Assembly: GCA_918262735.1 (NCBI GenBank)
Contig: CAKJYJ010000005.1
Span: 6,541-70,540, forward strand
Direction: 5' to 3'
Origin: Clostridiales bacterium
Lineage (GTDB): Bacteria; Bacillota; Clostridia; Christensenellales; UBA1242
Length of the DNA stretch: 64,000 nt
Shown: one piece after another, positions 61,295-64,000 of the stretch
Layout: every line of letters begins with the position of its first letter
Position numbering within the stretch: the stretch's first letter is position 1
Program-made: the position numbers and the translations under genes
Notes under the pieces: model-generated
What the model was told of the DNA's origin: nothing
Databases searched by the model: none
What the model saw: only the letters and a program-made list of their open reading frames with translations

Positions 61295-62414
61295 TTAATT
61301 TTTTGACGTTTTTGAATTAGACTTTACCAAATAATCATTAATAAATGGTTGAATGTTTCCATTCATAACACCTTGAATATCGCTTGTTTCATAATTGGTT
61401 CTATGGTCTTTTACCATACAATACGGTTGAAAAACATATGACCTTATTTGGCTTCCCCATTCAATTTTTTTAATTTCTCCACGGATATCATTAATTTTTT
61501 CAAGCTCTTCATCTTCGGCCTTTTGTGCAAGTTTTGAATAAAGCATTTTCATACATGTTTCACGGTTTTGAATTTGGCTTCGTTCTGTTTGACAACTAAC
61601 AACAATACCCGTTGGAACGTGCGTTATTCTAATTGCACTTTCTGTTTTGTTAACATGTTGCCCACCAGCACCACTAGACCTATATGTGTCAATTTTTAAG
61701 TCTTCACTTCTAATTTCAATATCTGGAGCCTCGTCAAGTTCTGGCATAACATCCAAACTAGCAAAGCTCGTATGCCTTCTGGCATTGGAATCAAATGGTG
61801 AAATTCTAACAAGCCTATGAACACCCTTTTCGCATTTTAGATATCCGTATGCATTATCTCCGGCGACTTCAAAGGTTATACTTTTTATTCCCGCCTCATC
61901 ACCATCCAACACATCCAAAACCCTTGTCTTAAACCCCATATTAGTGGCATACATATCATACATTCTATAAAGCATATTAACCCAGTCTTGCGCCTCTGTT
62001 CCACCAGCACCCGCATGAAGCATTAATATTGCATTCCTATTATCATATTTCCCAGAAAGTAGCGTTTCAATCTGAAAGTCCTCAAGAAGGTTACTCAAAT
62101 TTGAAATTGCGTCAACAAGCCCCAATTCAACATCTTCTTCAACTTCAAGCTCTAAAAGTTCAATTGCTGTTTTACATTCTTCCAAAAACTCGTCTGCTCT
62201 TTTTATTTTGTTTAATTTGTCTTCTCTTAACCTAAGTTCTTGACCAACTCTTTGAACATTCTTTAAATCGTCATAAAAATCATCGCAAAGTTGCTGCTTT
62301 TTTAACTCTGCAATTTCTTCATTTAATTTTTGTAAGTCAAAGACACTCCTTTATTAAACTTAGTTTTTTATTAAGGTCTTCAACCCTTTTTATTTCATTA
62401 TCAAGTATAAGCAT
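61295..62414 (-). CDS. prfB: Peptide chain release factor 2, expressed via programmed +1 frameshift
   Basis: Frame 0 runs from the ATG at 62414 (RBS AAGAGGTGA) for 25 codons, MLILDNEIKRVEDLNKKLSLIKECL, then reaches TGA at 62339-62337. Frame +1 continues as DLQKLNEEIAELKK... to the stop at 61295. The product contains the SPF (RISPFDS) and GGQ (SGAGGQHVNK) motifs. The track only shows the 3' part from an internal TTG. Confidence 0.9.
62336..62351 (-). promoter_or_regulatory. prfB +1 frameshift site: internal Shine-Dalgarno plus CUU UGA C
   Basis: The minus strand reads AAGGAG-TGT-CTT-TGA-C. The E. coli site is AGGGGG-TAT-CTT-TGA-C. CTTTGAC lies at 62342..62336. Confidence 0.85.
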
Positions 62415-62497
62415 GTTTATTCACCTCTTAACACAATTAAAAGAAGCAACAATTTATTATTAACTCACACAGAATTAAAAACAAACAAATATGCTTC

Positions 62498-62535
62498 TAA
62501 AAAAAGTATTCTCCATTACATCTTGGAGAATACCA
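62498..62535 (-). terminator. Intrinsic terminator after the HAD-hydrolase gene
   Basis: A 10-bp stem GTATTCTCCA/TGGAGAATAC (62506-62515 / 62524-62533) has an 8-nt loop. U7 follows on the minus-strand RNA (A7 at 62499-62505 on the plus strand). Confidence 0.65.
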
Positions 62536-62594
62536 TATTTTTATACTAAAGTCAAAGTTTTACTTTTATTTTCAAATTAATAATGAAAAATTAT

Positions 62595-63431
62595 TTATTT
62601 TTTCTGTGCTTTTGATAATAATTTCAAATTGTGGTTAATTTTACAACTTTTAATTATTTCTTTAACAATTATCTCTAAGGTTTTACCCTTTGAGTAGTCT
62701 GCTGGAGCAATGTAGTTAATTTTGTTGTTTGTAATTAGTGTTTTAACCTTTTCCATCTTTCCTTTGTTTGGATCGTAAACGCCAATGGTTTTACCACCAT
62801 TTTTCATAACAAGCCTCATACATGGAATGTCTGTGAAACTATCTCCAATGTATATCATATTTTCAAAAGGTACATACCTTGAATCATGATCCATTATTTC
62901 ATTAATTGAATCGTCCGTTTCATCTAAACAGCCCTTGTTTATTCTGTACAAATACTGCGTTTTATTTGTGTAGTTAATAGAAAGTGCAGGCCAAACGGCA
63001 TTACCTTTTGAATCATATATGTACGAGCAGGCATAAATTTTTTTGAAGTATTTTGCAATAGACATTCCTTCAATCATTTCTTTTATTCCAGATGAAACAA
63101 TGTAATGTTCAACATTAACACCAATGCTTTTACCATATTCATTAATTCTTTGAAACCATGTTTCAACCCCACTAAAAAACTTGACCATTGAACCAAACTC
63201 TTCCAATTTTTGTCTAGTTAAACTAATGTTGTTTTTTCTTGAGTCATGAATCATTCTGTACATATTAACCAAAATATTATCAGCACGATTTTTCTTTACA
63301 ATTGCATTGCTCTCCCCCCAAAACTCATCAGGAGTTTTTCCAATTGCATCAAAAAAACCATGTTCCTGCATATTATCTGGTGCTAGTGTTGAATCGAAAT
63401 CATAACAAATTGCCACTGTTGGTAGTTTCAT
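62595..63431 (-). CDS. HAD-superfamily hydrolase (278 aa)
   Basis: Motif I is VAICYDFDSTLAP (DxDxT/S). Motif IV is YIGDSFTDIPCM. A cap insert lies between the motifs. The substrate cannot be predicted. Confidence 0.7.
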   Translation of the reverse strand: MKLPTVAICYDFDSTLAPDNMQEHGFFDAIGKTPDEFWGESNAIVKKNRADNILVNMYRMIHDSRKNNISLTRQKLEEFGSMVKFFSGVETWFQRINEYGKSIGVNVEHYIVSSGIKEMIEGMSIAKYFKKIYACSYIYDSKGNAVWPALSINYTNKTQYLYRINKGCLDETDDSINEIMDHDSRYVPFENMIYIGDSFTDIPCMRLVMKNGGKTIGVYDPNKGKMEKVKTLITNNKINYIAPADYSKGKTLEIIVKEIIKSCKINHNLKLLSKAQKK

Positions 63432-63442
63432 ATTTCCTCCAA

Positions 63443-63991
63443 TTAATATGTTCTTTCACTTGACTTAAATTTTGTGTAATAAAAATTAATTCTCAGCATT
63501 TCTCTTTCCATCATTAGTTTTTTACAAACGTACATAACTTTTTTATCACCAAAAATTAAGTTATTAAATTCATGAATTAATTCCATATTTACAGCTTTCC
63601 AAACGGGAATTTTATACGCCTTTTGAACCTCACGTTTTTTGCCAGACAGCATTTTTAACCTTTTGTTATTTGCACCAAGTGCCTTTAGGTCTTCTTCACT
63701 GGCAACATAACCCTTTTCTTTATTTTTATAATAGGCCCAATTAACATACTCAATTGACCCTTCATAAGCCCTTTCTTCAATTGGGCTCACAAGATAAAAC
63801 ATTGCTCTCATATACTTTTCATAAGAATTAAAATTAAAAACTTGCCTTTTGGAATTTGGGGTGTTTTTATATGCATTAATTCTTATTGATATGTTTTTTA
63901 TCAACAAAAAATCTTCTCTCATTTGTTCGGTTACATATTCATATTCGCCAGTTAGCCTATTTAGTACTTTACCCTCTAATGGTAACTTCAT
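63443..63991 (-). CDS. Hypothetical protein (182 aa), basic, no recognisable domain
   Basis: It is a clean ORF 11 nt upstream of the HAD gene on the same strand. It has no signal peptide or TM segment. Confidence 0.45.
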   Translation of the reverse strand: MKLPLEGKVLNRLTGEYEYVTEQMREDFLLIKNISIRINAYKNTPNSKRQVFNFNSYEKYMRAMFYLVSPIEERAYEGSIEYVNWAYYKNKEKGYVASEEDLKALGANNKRLKMLSGKKREVQKAYKIPVWKAVNMELIHEFNNLIFGDKKVMYVCKKLMMEREMLRINFYYTKFKSSERTY

Positions 63992-64000
63992 AACATTTTC

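Overview
This is an AT-rich bacterial chromosomal window with Bacillota (Firmicutes)-type gene content and local gene order: lepA-hemW, ylxM-ffh-rpsP-KH protein, obg, yhbY, rsfS, uvrB, murI, priA, tsaD and prfB. The code is standard. prfB carries the classical UGA-dependent +1 frameshift, so UGA is a stop codon and this is not a code-4 Mollicute. I saw no rRNA, tRNA, CRISPR array, transposase or integrase.

The dominant feature is a tandem pair of giant same-strand genes, 1242..10946 (3,234 aa) and 11028..28898 (5,956 aa). Together they cover 27.6 kb, about 43% of the window.
- Both start with a lipoprotein signal peptide with the lipobox Cys at residue 23.
- Both have roughly 1,000 aa of Ig-like beta-sandwich sequence before the first of several reiterated modules.
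- Each module has an 'NPY-x-I / D-G-N-G-x-x-I' entry segment followed by GLUG-type 'GG(V/I/F)(V/A)G-x-N-x-G-x-I-x-N/C-Y' beta-helix coils. I count about 3 modules in the smaller protein and about 7 in the larger.
- The larger protein has an internal two-helix hydrophobic hairpin at aa 4502-4558 that contains a lipobox-like 'AVAGC'. About 1,400 further residues follow it, ending in a Tyr/Asn-rich non-GLUG C-terminal region.
- A third, small lipoprotein gene lies directly downstream.
- The locus has a consensus sigma-A promoter (TTGACT-17-TATAAT) and sits directly after an orphan acpP.

I regard this as a candidate undescribed giant cell-surface (adhesin or coat) system. No catalytic motif is visible, and function cannot be assigned from sequence alone.

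The rest of the window is mostly housekeeping genes. Exceptions are a small cell-envelope cluster (M23 peptidase, YwmB-like protein, DHQS/Fe-ADH-fold protein, polysaccharide deacetylase, MprF/YbhN-type membrane protein) and several unassignable genes: a 445-aa coiled-coil orphan, a tandem pair of membrane-tethered wHTH paralogues, a membrane protein with a possible Mrr-like core, and a HAD hydrolase plus 182-aa unknown at the right edge. All coordinates for promoters, terminators and motifs were read by eye from the sequence.
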